Source: Octopus sinensis
Taxonomy: Eukaryota
Assembly (NCBI RefSeq): GCF_006345805.1
Contig: NC_043002.1
Span: forward strand, 27,962,001-28,026,000
Length of the DNA: 64,000 nucleotides
Reading direction: 5' to 3'
Each line of letters begins with the position of its first letter. Positions within the stretch are counted from its first letter, which is position 1. The position numbers and the translations under genes were made by a program. Below are positions 53,080 through 64,000 of this stretch, one piece after another. Under the pieces are notes generated by a model. It ran no database searches. It had not been told where the DNA came from and worked only from the letters and a program-made list of their open reading frames with translations.

Positions 53080-55698
53080 CAGTGGTTCTCAAATTTTTCA
53101 AAAAATTTTATGCGCCGGTCCCCTATAAAAAGCAGGATTATTAAGTTGGAAAATACAATGACGTACATTCGTATACCGTATTTTCCGGAATATGAACTGC
53201 ACTGCCCATAGGCCCACAACCCCGAAAACCACGACTCAATCCTCGCAACACCCCATAGGGATACAGCAAATACACATGAAAATATGGGGAATCAGTTGAT
53301 CAATTGGTTGCAAAACAAATGAGAAACAAAAACAGTCCGAAAATATACCGAGCATCTTGTATTAACAACTGTGTAAGACTCATTTATGCCTATTTAGCAG
53401 ACAGAAAAACGCGGGTCATACACCGTAAACTACGGCACATATACATACATAAAAGTGGTTGCCGAGCTTTTGATATCACCTTCCCCTTCTGCAATGTTTT
53501 GGGATGCTATTCCTCTCCACTGGTCATTCCTCATATTCATTATCCAAGAGGTGCATTTCAACCAATTTAGCTATTTTCAGCAGAAGAATTGTAACAGCAT
53601 CCCGAAATGTACAGAAGTTTCTGCCAATTGGACCACTAGTATGCACGGAAAACCACAATTTTAGTAGAACTGTCTTCTCCTCCTTCCTTGAAGTTAGCCA
53701 TCTCTCTTCCTGAATCCCTGATACATAACATGACAACAACAAAAAGTATATAAGAAATTATTTATTTACAAACGCAGACTAGCTGTTATTTTATTTACAG
53801 CGAAGTTCAATGTGATAGATGTACCTGCTTTGCAGTGACCAGCTCTTTTATGTTCGGCTCTGTTCTGGAGATGGCAACCCTCATTTCTGGTGTGACATCC
53901 AGTCGATTTCGTTACTTCGCTTTGATGGCAAAGAGAGTGGAAAATGCAGTCTCACACTCGTAGGTGGTTAGAAATGGCATTGGTACTCCAAGAGCCATCT
54001 TTGCGATATCAGGATATGACCGTGCCATTTCATTCCAAAAGTCAGAACAGCACATTTCCCAGAGGAAAAAAAACATTTTGCACCTCCATTATTGACCAAA
54101 TCAATGAACTGCTCTTGAATTAAATTGTCTTCTGTAGGCAGATCGCTAATAGAGAGGACATAGGGATTCCTGATAAAGCGGCACTATTCGTCAGTGCTGA
54201 AGATCGGGGAAATAAAAATATATTTCCCTGCCAAGTATTGACACGTGTTGTTTTGAGTTCAACGATATTGTCACCGACTTGAAACTCGTTCTCATCAATA
54301 AATATGTTTAGCTGATGAAATGATGCGAAATTCTTTGTATCCAACTTTGGGTGCAAAAGTTGAGGCCTCATTTTGAAAGCACTTATTTTTTCATGAGAAT
54401 GAAGCATAGCTATATCTTTCCCTTGCAGTGAATGATTGACGGCATTTACTGACTCGAAAATGTCCACCAAAAATGTCAAGCAGATCACAAAACGAACATG
54501 GCTTGGCATCCTGTAAAAGGTAGTTCACTTCTTTTCGTAGGAAGACCCTCCTTGCTGTTTTTTGTCTCGAAAGTCATCTCACTTGTGAGTGCAACAGAAG
54601 AGTTTCGAATTCAGAACCACTTTCTTCGCACAACTCGGCAACCATATGAAAGTTGAATGTGTCTGCTTTGATGAAGTTCCCCGCTGTAATCACGTAATTT
54701 AGAACATTTTGTAATTCATTAAGCATGGTTTTCACCATTAGCAGCTGGGGATTTTTCTTTCACCTAAATCTGATAACCTGAACGGCAACCAAGCATCGTT
54801 GGAGCGCGTCGGTGCACGCGCCAATGACATGCTCCCAGATGATATCATGAGTCTCAAAACATTTGCCCACTTTATTAAATATTTCACTTGCGGTTGTTTT
54901 GGTGCTGAAGTTTTTGCAGGAAATTGGTGGCTCCTCTTCTCGCTGTAAAATTGAATTTCAAATAAGATTCGTCATACTCAATTTCCACTTTTTTTCAATT
55001 TTTTTGGGGAGACATTGTTAAAAGATAAAATTCAATAAACTAATTTAATATTACTACATTCTATATTTATTTGGCATTTATCATATATGCCAGCTTTTGG
55101 ATGTGCTAATTAGCAATAATGCTTACCCCTCTCACTCTTAGTTGTGGAAGAAAAGCAAAGCGTATGTGAACGTTGTTTTTCTGTTGATGAACCTTCGTGA
55201 ATTGATAACCGTTGATAATACAATTCTGTCGGAACACGTTGCCAAACGACCATGCATTGCAAAGCCCAGCCGACATGCAGGATGAGAATGGATTTCTGAC
55301 AAAGAGCTATGTCATGCTTCAATATGTACCGATGAGGATAACGACCGCGAGAGACATGCAAATGTGTGGATTGCAGTAGTGGAGTGGTGGATCATGTGAG
55401 CGTAGAACAGCGACAGCATATGCACGATCAACCGTTATACCCACATATTTTCCATCGGATAATCACACTTGTTGTACAACTAGTGTGATTAGCAAATGAA
55501 TGTGTAGGAGTAGCATAGATTTTTGAAGTCGACAACAACAAAGAATGATAGCATGCGAAAAATTGGAAGTTTTGAAATATTTTAACTTAACTTTCTCAAG
55601 CCACCCGTTTTCACGATACTTTAGCGTCCATTCGCGGTCCCCCCAAAATCGTTTCGCGGTCCCACAGGCGACCGCGGTTCCCAGTTTGAGAACCACTG
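53080..55698 (-). mobile_element. hAT (Buster/Charlie-like) transposon remnant between CAGTGGTTCTCAAA TIRs
   Basis: 14-bp TIRs at 53080-53093 and 55685-55698. Minus-strand dimerisation domain TTYECETAFS...RNRLD...KQVHLSH at about 53826-54100. The flanks (caataatg vs attttatg) are not a clean 8-bp TSD, so the ends may come from different copies. Confidence 0.75.
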
Positions 55699-55882
55699 AT
55701 TTTATGATTATATTTACTGCTAATATATGGAATAGTATATACGTATAAACCATGCGTTTGACTTAAATTATCCTATCTTTCTCGGACATATCCAAGAGTA
55801 GATAAAAAGAGCAGATATTTTACTTCAAAATGTTCATGTGAGTGGATTTGGTAGGCAAAAGAGGATAGAAGCCCGTCGTACG

Positions 55883-55956
<74 letters not shown>

Positions 55957-56033
55957 TTATATATATATATAAGATACGAAAATAGAGAGGTAATTAATAA
56001 ATTATTAATTATTAATTAACGATTTGACAAACG

Positions 56034-56119
56034 TTCCTTACACCTGTTTCAATTCAAGACCTTCAGAAAATTAATTAATAAGATTTAAGAATTTTGAAAC
56101 TCGAATCTCGTCAGAGGTA
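56034..56119 (-). ncRNA. Type-I hammerhead ribozyme motif, intact core
   Basis: tacct CTGACGA gattcgag[loop]cttgaatt GAAA caggtg TA aggaa. 8-bp stem II with G-U pairs, near-palindromic stem III, GUA site, stem I of 3-5 bp. Confidence 0.72.
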
Positions 56120-56272
56120 ATTTAAGATATACAGAATAGTTAGTCAATTCGTGCATGTTGAGTAAACGGCTGCAAACCGTTAACTGATAAAATTATTTGT
56201 ATAGGTAACTAACCAGTACTTTCAAAGAATTTTGCTGTCCCTGAATCAGGTTTGTAACCTTTACTTGTATGA

Positions 56273-56365
<93 letters not shown>

Positions 56366-56431
56366 TCCAGGTATCGAGGATGAACGAAGAAAGATAGCTG
56401 CAACAATCCGTAGTAAATATAAAAATAAGAA

Positions 56432-56905
56432 TACAAGAGTTACGGAATGGAGTAGATAAGATCCGGCCTACATATATGTTTCATAGCGAGTGAAACCTCA
56501 GAAGTGGTAAATTATTCAAGCGAGGTGTGTACCGCAAGCTACTTCTCAGGCCAAGTATGTCTTGATTAAATGAAAGTTTACATTGTCCCGATGTTAAAAC
56601 ATGAAAGATTCAATCAGAATATGTAGAGAGCACAGTAGAAGAGAAAATATATAAAGAGAGAAATAAGTATTAAAAGAAGGAAAAAAGAAGTGAGAAGAAT
56701 GAGGAATTGTAAGCAATGTCATTTACCGGTAGTATTCAATAGGGCTGTTTGCGACAATGCAAATTTTCATTTAATCAGGATATCTTTGGCCTGGAGAATA
56801 ACCTACGGTATACACCTCGCCTGGATATTTACCACTTCTGAGGCACTGCTCGTTGTGAAACATATGTAGCCCGGGTCTTTTCTACTCAATTCCGTAACTC
56901 TTGTA
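56432..56905. mobile_element. MITE/fold-back-like element with ~145-bp diverged inverted arms
   Basis: tacaagagttacggaat...ttgattaaatgaaa pairs with tttcatttaatcagg...ttccgtaactcttgta. Confidence 0.7.
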
Positions 56906-56909
56906 CATA

Positions 56910-58184
56910 TACGGGTTCATCCCATAAATGATGCGGTTTTTTAAAATACATAAACTAAAAGTCGGAGGGGACGGGATAAACTACATCAACTTGCTATAAA
57001 AGGAGGGAGTAATTTTTACCCTGTCCTTATTCTTTGTGCAAGTTTTGAAGAGTGCAGTTCGATTTTAACAGTTACCTTTTCAAAGTTATAATGGAAGTGA
57101 CAAAGAGTATATCCTATGATGGGAATATCATAAGAGAAACAGTCTCTCGATAAAGGTAAGAACGCAACGGAAAGTGTGGGGATATTAATGTAGTATATGG
57201 CGATAGCACAATAAGCGTAAACCAGTGTCAACGGTAGATCCAGAAATTCCGAGCCAGAAACTACAGCCTAAAAGACAAGCCTTGTACTGGAAGATTTGTT
57301 GAGCTCAACGAGAACGTTCTGCAAACACTGGTGGAACAAAATCCCATCGTAACTGGTGAGGAGCTGGCAGAGCAGCTTGGATTTGGTCATTGAACCATTC
57401 ATCGACACCTGCGAGGTATCGGAAAAGTCAGCAAATTGGGACAATGGGTTCCTCACAAAATTTTCGAGTCTAATTGCACGCAGAGAGTGAATGTGTACCT
57501 CTCTTTGCTATCATGTCACACGAATAAACCTAATGTTCTTTTTTTGACCGAATAGTGACTGGGAGGAGATATGGGTTCTCTATAAAGATGTCAAGCGCCG
57601 AAGACAGTGAGTAGGGAAAGGAGAAACACTGGTACCCCAGGCTAAAGAGGGTATTTACCCAAGTAAGGTGTTGTTACCTGTTTGGTGAGATATGAAAGGT
57701 TTAGACCACTTTGAAACTTTAAGCCTAAACCAAACTTTAACAAAGATCTACTGCGAGCAGCTAGCAGAAAAACGACCATGTTTGGTATCAAAACGAAAGG
57801 TGTTCTTCCATTAGGATAATACTCGGCCACATACAGCAAGAATGAGATTCCAAAGGCTGGAACAGTTTGAATGGGAAACGATGCCCCATCCGCCATATTT
57901 GCCGGACATTTCCCCATCTGAGTATCATTTATTTCGCAGACTTCAAAATGATTTGGACAGAAAAAATACGAATTCTGTAGACGAGCTGAGAACAATATTG
58001 GAGGAGTATTTTTCATCACGGAAAAGTGAATTTTGGAAGAGGGCCTTGCAAATTTGCAAGATAGATGGAAAAACATTGTAGAGAATGAAGGAGAGCATAT
58101 TTTAGATTAAAAAAGAACTTTGTTTATCTTAATTTTGAAAAATAAAGGAATGTGAAAAACCGCATTATTTATGGGATGACCCTA
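56910..58184 (+). mobile_element. mariner fossil (Hsmar1-like), TIR-bounded
   Basis: TIRs gggt(t)catcccataaat(g/a)atgcggtttt; WVPHK, DRIVTG, DNTRPH and HPPYLPDISPSEYHLF motifs. Confidence 0.9.
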
Positions 58185-58224
58185 TATATATGTATGTATA
58201 TAAATATATATATATATAGAGAGG

Positions 58225-58264
<40 letters not shown>

Positions 58265-58330
58265 TATATGTGTGTATGTATGTATGTATGTATGTATGTA
58301 TATATGTATATATGTATATATGTAGGTATG

Positions 58331-58363
<33 letters not shown>

Positions 58364-58691
58364 GTTAAAAAATATAAATGAATAGCAAAAGTGTATAAGT
58401 GTCAATTTATCTTTGTTACCCATGTATATCTTATTCACCGACCCTTGTAATTACTCTTCGGAAGTATTTGGAAAGTATCTTTGTATAGATTACATGTGTG
58501 AACAAACAAAAGCGCATTGATTCACTAAGTTGGATTGTTCCATTTGCATACACTGCATAAATATTGGGTGGAAAAAATTCTATGTAGAGTTTGATACCTA
58601 ATATTGTTTGAGTGTACAAATACGTTCGTCCTAACAAGATGCCTGAATTTAAGTACCTAATCCATCTGAATCTAAATTGTATTATATATAT

Positions 58692-58733
58692 ACTAGTATT
58701 AAAGTCCCGTCGTTGCCGGGTCATAGTGCTAGT
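58692..58733. mobile_element. Helitron 3'-end-like hairpin with CTAG on both sides
   Basis: ACTAGT attaaagt cccgtcgttgccggg tcatagtg CTAGT. Confidence 0.5.
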
Positions 58734-58925
58734 GCATGTATATATGTGTATATATATGTGTACATATTACATGTACATCTATATATATACATCTACACAT
58801 AAAATACAAAATACCAAGTTATATCTTGATATCGCTAGTGATAACAATACTCAAAATATATAACAGACTGGAATTGTTAGCCCGTCTCTTGTAATTTCGA
58901 TCAATTGTATCTTGTCCTCCCTCTT

Positions 58926-59185
58926 GTTAGTTAGTTAGTTAATTTTTTGGCTCAAAAAGCAAAAAGCAAGGCCATGTAGGGGGACATGGAGTTATGTACA
59001 GGGTGGTGTTCATGTAAAGAGTTCAGGCCACTTGTGGTCAAGGAGACTTTGAACCAAGTGGTCGTCGGCATCTTCACTATCTCGTCCGGCAGCTTATTCC
59101 ACGGATCCGCAACCCGGACGGAGAAAGCCCCTCTCCTTCGATTGAGATGAAATCGTCGCAGATAGAGCTTTTGTATAGAAGTGTG
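58926..59185 (-). mobile_element. CR1-type LINE 3' end fragment
   Basis: Minus strand FSVRVADPWNKLPDEIVKMP, followed by a (ctaa)n tail. Confidence 0.75.
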
Positions 59186-59782
59186 GCTACAATCCAGCCT
59201 ACCTCTACTTCTGGGGGGTGGGGGGCATTTTAAATTTTTATCCGGGACGTCCTACGTCCCAGATATAAAAGTAAAAATAAAATATTTCCACTTTGCAAGT
59301 TCGAGTCGAGTACTCCCTTGCACGCTCCGTTGACTCGAACCTTGTTTCTATTGTGGCGAGTTTACCGCCTCTGATTAGATGTCTTTCAAAGTCGCACCAA
59401 GACACTTCTCGAAGGTGCTTTCCTCCATGTGTTCAAATCTTCTTTTTTCTCTACATTGTATACTTTATAGACAATAGTCTTTTCTTTAATTTAATTTTTT
59501 ATTATCCATCTAGACTATTCCATTTCTGCACTTAAATTTTATTTTTTATTTATTCCCATTCATGTGAAACCACTTAATCAAGTTCAAATCATTGATGCAA
59601 TTTTATACCAATTGCTATTTTTACTTTTGTTATATTACGATTATATTATACTTTAGTTTGATTTTAATTATTACTTACTACATATAATTCAATTGTTATT
59701 ATTATTTTTATTGCTAAAGTGAAAGTATCTGACATAAAATAGAGAAACGTTTTTGTTTCACTTTTAACACGTAATACTGAAA

Positions 59783-60114
59783 TAGTGGAGAAGATAAGAT
59801 ATTGCTATGGGCTCGCTCTAGGCCAGAAGTTCAACATTTTTTTTGCCCATGAAACTACATGGACCCTAAGTAAGGCATGTATAAAATTTGAATGAAATTG
59901 GTTGTGTAATTCTTAAGTTTTAGGGAATCGTAGTGGAGAAGATATGATATTGCTGTGGGCTCGCCCTAGGCAAAAAGTTAAAATTTTTTTTTTGCCGATG
60001 ACACTCCCCGGACCATAAGTAAGGCATGTGTAAAATTTGTTGAAATTGGTTGTGTAGTTCTCAAGTTTTAAGGAAACACACAGACACACATTCTCAGTTT
60101 TATATATATAAAGA
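59783..60114 (-). mobile_element. Helitron-like 5' end with two internal 148-bp tandem repeats
   Basis: Minus strand A|TCtttatatatataaaactgagaatgtgtgtctgtg. tagtggagaagat units start at 59783 and 59931. Confidence 0.55.
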
Positions 60115-60143
60115 TATGTGTGTGTGTGTGTATGTGTGTATGT

Positions 60144-60186
<43 letters not shown>

Positions 60187-60734
60187 CGTGTGTGTGTTTA
60201 ATAAAATTAAAACATGAAAACACACCTGCTCTTGAAGAGCAACAAATTCTCTTTTAAATAACATAAAATAGTTTGCCAATGCGTTTTATTCCTGCGGGTA
60301 TTTTAAAATTTGATTAAAAACAAAGCTCAAGATTATCATCTTTTTTAAATTTTGAAATAAAAATTTGCGATTTATTTTTTTCTTCCAGACGCATTGTTGT
60401 GTTAAAAAAATGTGCTGAACAAGAAAAAAACACAGTGTGTACAGAATTCTTTAAAAATCTAACTGAGAAACTCTGCCCCCGTAAGAATATCTTTATTTAT
60501 TAAATCTTATTGGATGTAACTTTGCGTTGGTGAACTCTATTCGAAAAGAAATTAAGAAGGTGGTCTGAAATGCTCATAAGCTAACTATGAAGGAGTGACG
60601 CAGGATCTGTGAAATCTTACGTGTATTAATTTCAACGATTCTTATTAATAAGTGCTTTGTTTCTTTCCAGATATATCAATAACTTACTTTTCAAGGAAGA
60701 CTTCAAATGTGATCAGTAGCAACTTATTTTGAAA

Positions 60735-60902
60735 ATGAACAAAATTTGGTATTGTGGTGTTATCAAATACTTGCAGCAAAAGGATTTAGCATTCAAGGAC
60801 ATTCATTTTGCTATACTTGCTACGTTAGGGAATGGCACTCAAGCTTTATCAACGGTGCAAAAATTGGCAGTTGAATATAGGATGCGAAGGGAAAGTCTTG
60901 AA
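60735..60902 (+). mobile_element. mariner transposase N-terminal HTH fragment
   Basis: MNKIWYCGVIKYLQQK...STVQKLAVEYRMRRESLE. Confidence 0.65.
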
Positions 60903-61721
60903 GTTTATTTTGGCATATTTACACCATTTGTGTAGAAGCGAGAAACTTTCTCCGCGTCAAAACACACTGAATGGCTTTCTAACTGTTTGGAATATGACTC
61001 AAGTATATTTGAACTGATAAAAACCATGTATTTATACACATACCTGCTTAACATTGCCAACACATAATTAGTTTGCAGTGATCCACCGATTAGCACTACT
61101 AGTCCATTGTACGATGATGAGAATATAAAAGAGACAGTCTCTCAGATCAACTCTGTCATAAGAGAGAGAGTTTCTAAGATCAACTCTCTGATTTCTGTGA
61201 TTGAAGACGAAATAATCACTCCGAAATACTTGCATCTCAAAGTCTGGGTAGGTGACACTGAGAGCTGATTTTGGTCTATTTTCACTGTTTGACTGGAGCT
61301 GGTAGTTGTCTCCACTACAAAATACAGTAAACGGCTTTCTTAGGGATTCGAATATGAGTCAAGCATATTTCAACATATAAATCTTTGTGTTACTGCAGAA
61401 GGCACATTGTGCAGTGTCAAGATACATGAAAATATGTGCATCACACGAGAATTACATAGAAATGTAAATCGAAATGTAAATCCGTATTTCTCCGTCATGC
61501 GAGTGATCAATAAAAATCATTCGTGAACAAACCTATGCTTAGTCAAATTTACCTTCTACTGGTAAGGGAAAACAGAGATTACCAAATTCCTGCTGTCAGA
61601 AATGGCGGGCGAGCAATGTATGTATGTAGATTGATACAGACATACCTCTATACACAAACATGTGCATATACACACGCGCACGTTCACACGTACGCATAAT
61701 ATATATATATATAATATATAT

Positions 61722-61752
<31 letters not shown>

Positions 61753-62033
61753 TTACATATACATATGCATATATATATATACATATATATACATATATAG
61801 CATATACATATACATATACATATATATGCATATATATATACATATATATACATATATATGCATATACATATATATACATATATATCCATATATATATGCA
61901 TAATATATATACATACATACATATATATATATATATACATATAATAGATATATATATATACATATATATGCATATACATACATATATATATATATATACA
62001 TATATATATACATATATATGCATATATATATAC

Positions 62034-62064
<31 letters not shown>

Positions 62065-62136
62065 ATATATATATATATAATATATATATATATATACATA
62101 CATACATATATATATACATACATACATATATATATA

Positions 62137-62180
<44 letters not shown>

Positions 62181-62296
62181 GTAAATCTTTGTAGAAGCGG
62201 GAATATTTCAATTTTGAAGTAAATTCATAAAGCTATATAAAATGCACATATTGTGTTCAAAATTACTTCTGCATATGTGTGTATGTGTGTGTGTGC

Positions 62297-64000
62297 AGGT
62301 CCTGTTGTCATATTCAAACTCAGTGTGTGACACTCAAATTGTACACATAAGACAACTGAATATCGTCATATGCACTACATATCGCCCACCGGATGCCCCA
62401 AATCACCCAGGCATGTTTTAAGACTGCCTAACAAAAATAGAAGAATCCTCACCAACCTTGAACAACACAACAGTGTATTCTTCATGGGTGACTTTAACTT
62501 TCCCAATGTGGAATGACCTGGGGGGGGGGCAGATGCCCTCAGGGATGACACACCATCAGCAGGCACAGGCAGAGTCCCTGCTCCATCTCACAAATGTCTC
62601 TTTCATGGAGCAAATAGTTCTGCAACCAACAAGGGCAGATAATATACTGGATCTCTGCTTCACAAACAATATGGATATTATCCATAATGTTAAAGTGATG
62701 CCGACAATGACCTCGGATCACAACATAATAGAGCTGTCTATGTATGGACCAAAAGCCCCCGTAGACACACAGCCTATACGAAGCATCCACCATCTCTCCA
62801 ACTTAAACTTTCATAAAGCAAACTGGAAGTTGATTGAGAAAGAGATCCTCAAACAGGATTGGTCTAAATGTCTCTCCACACCGGACATTAACATGAAACA
62901 CAAACACTTCATGTCCATAATACAAGCCATATGTGACAAATATGTCCCAGTGTACAGGGCCAGCACACACAAAAACAAAAACAGGATCCCCAGAGAAAGG
63001 AGGATTCTTATGAGACGACGGACAAGGATTGCGAACCACCTGAGCAAGCACACCAAAAGTGGTGAGAAGTCTCGGCTCGAGAGAATGCTAATGGAAATTG
63101 AGAAAAGTCTGCATCAATCCCATGAAAAGGAGAGAGCAGATAAAGAAGTTTGGGTAATAGAAAATATAAAATCAAACCCTAAAGCTTTCTTTAAGTTTGC
63201 CAAAAAGACAGCCACAGTGCACCAGAGAATAGGACCTCTCTTCCAAAAAGATGGCTCTCTCACAGGAAATCCCACGAGGATAAGTGAAATACTGAACGAA
63301 CAATTCCAAAGTGTGTTCACTACACCTCTGGGACACAGGCAGGTAAACAACCCAGAAGAATTCTTTGCCACTTTACCTGCGGCCAAAGAGGCAAAAATTG
63401 AGTACATCAACATTGAAGATGATGATATCACACTAGCCACAGATGAGATTGACACAAACTCAGCTGCTGGACCTGATGGATTTCCAGCGATCCTTCTCAA
63501 ATCGTGCAAACGAGCCTTTGCAAAACCGCTACAGCTTCTTTTTCAGAGCTTTCTTGCAAGTGGTAAGCTCCCAGTCAAATTGAAAGAGGGGGTAATATGC
63601 CCTATCCATAAGGGAGGTAGCAGAGCAGATGCTAAAACTTATAGGCCTATCTCTCTGACCTCACACATCAGCAAAGTCATGGAACGAATAGTCCGCAAGA
63701 AACTAATCATGTTCCTTGAAGAAAATGACTTGCTGTCTGACACCCAGCATGGATTTCGACCAGGTAGAAGCTGCCTAACAGCTCCTGCAACACTATGACT
63801 GGGTGTTAAAACAGCTACTAAATTGATCTCGACTTTGCAAAAGCCTTTGATAAAGTCGACCATAGTATGATCTGTCACAAACTGCGTGGTCTCGGCATAG
63901 GCGGAAAACTTGGAGAGTGGCTGCACAACTTCCTAAAAGATAGAAGACAGGCAGTTGTGAGCAATGGAGCCACCTCCAAGGAAACACAAATAACAAGCGG
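62297..64000 (+). mobile_element. CR1/L2-group LINE ORF2 (APE C-terminal part to RT start), runs off the window
   Basis: YRPPD, MGDFNFP, QPTRADNILDL, SDHN, AAGPDG, YRPISLTS and QHGFR motifs; 446-aa open segment at 62458-63798. Confidence 0.92.

Noticed and set aside
53072-55706. 8-bp TSD for the hAT element
   Set aside because: caataatg and attttatg match at only 4 of 8 positions, so a single intact insertion is not established.

Overview
Repeat-saturated eukaryotic DNA with no recognisable host gene, rRNA, true tRNA or CRISPR array. The SINE families and microsatellite load suggest an octopus-like cephalopod (inference only). Most short ORFs in the track are translated microsatellites. Mobile-element content: a near-full-length decayed R4/Dong-type RT+REL retrotransposon ending in (AAT)n; two large and two small CR1/L2-group LINE pieces (one with a tandem CCCH zinc-finger ORF1); RTE remnants; a Penelope-like RT fragment; three TIR-bounded Tc1/mariner fossils; hAT (Buster/Charlie) and Chapaev3-like remnants; Helitron-like ends; many tRNA-derived SINEs; and a ~2 kb direct duplication. 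The most notable signal is not in the ORF track: eight sites with minimal type-I hammerhead-ribozyme architecture (stem I / CUGANGA / stem II / GAAA / palindromic stem III / NUH). Four have an intact core and four are variant or degenerate; they fall in at least four sequence families. Most lie in short non-coding fold-back elements beside (TA)n tracts. This resembles Penelope pseudo-LTR / retrozyme-like non-autonomous elements. The class is known; whether these families are described cannot be checked here. All structures were read by eye and no cleavage activity is shown.
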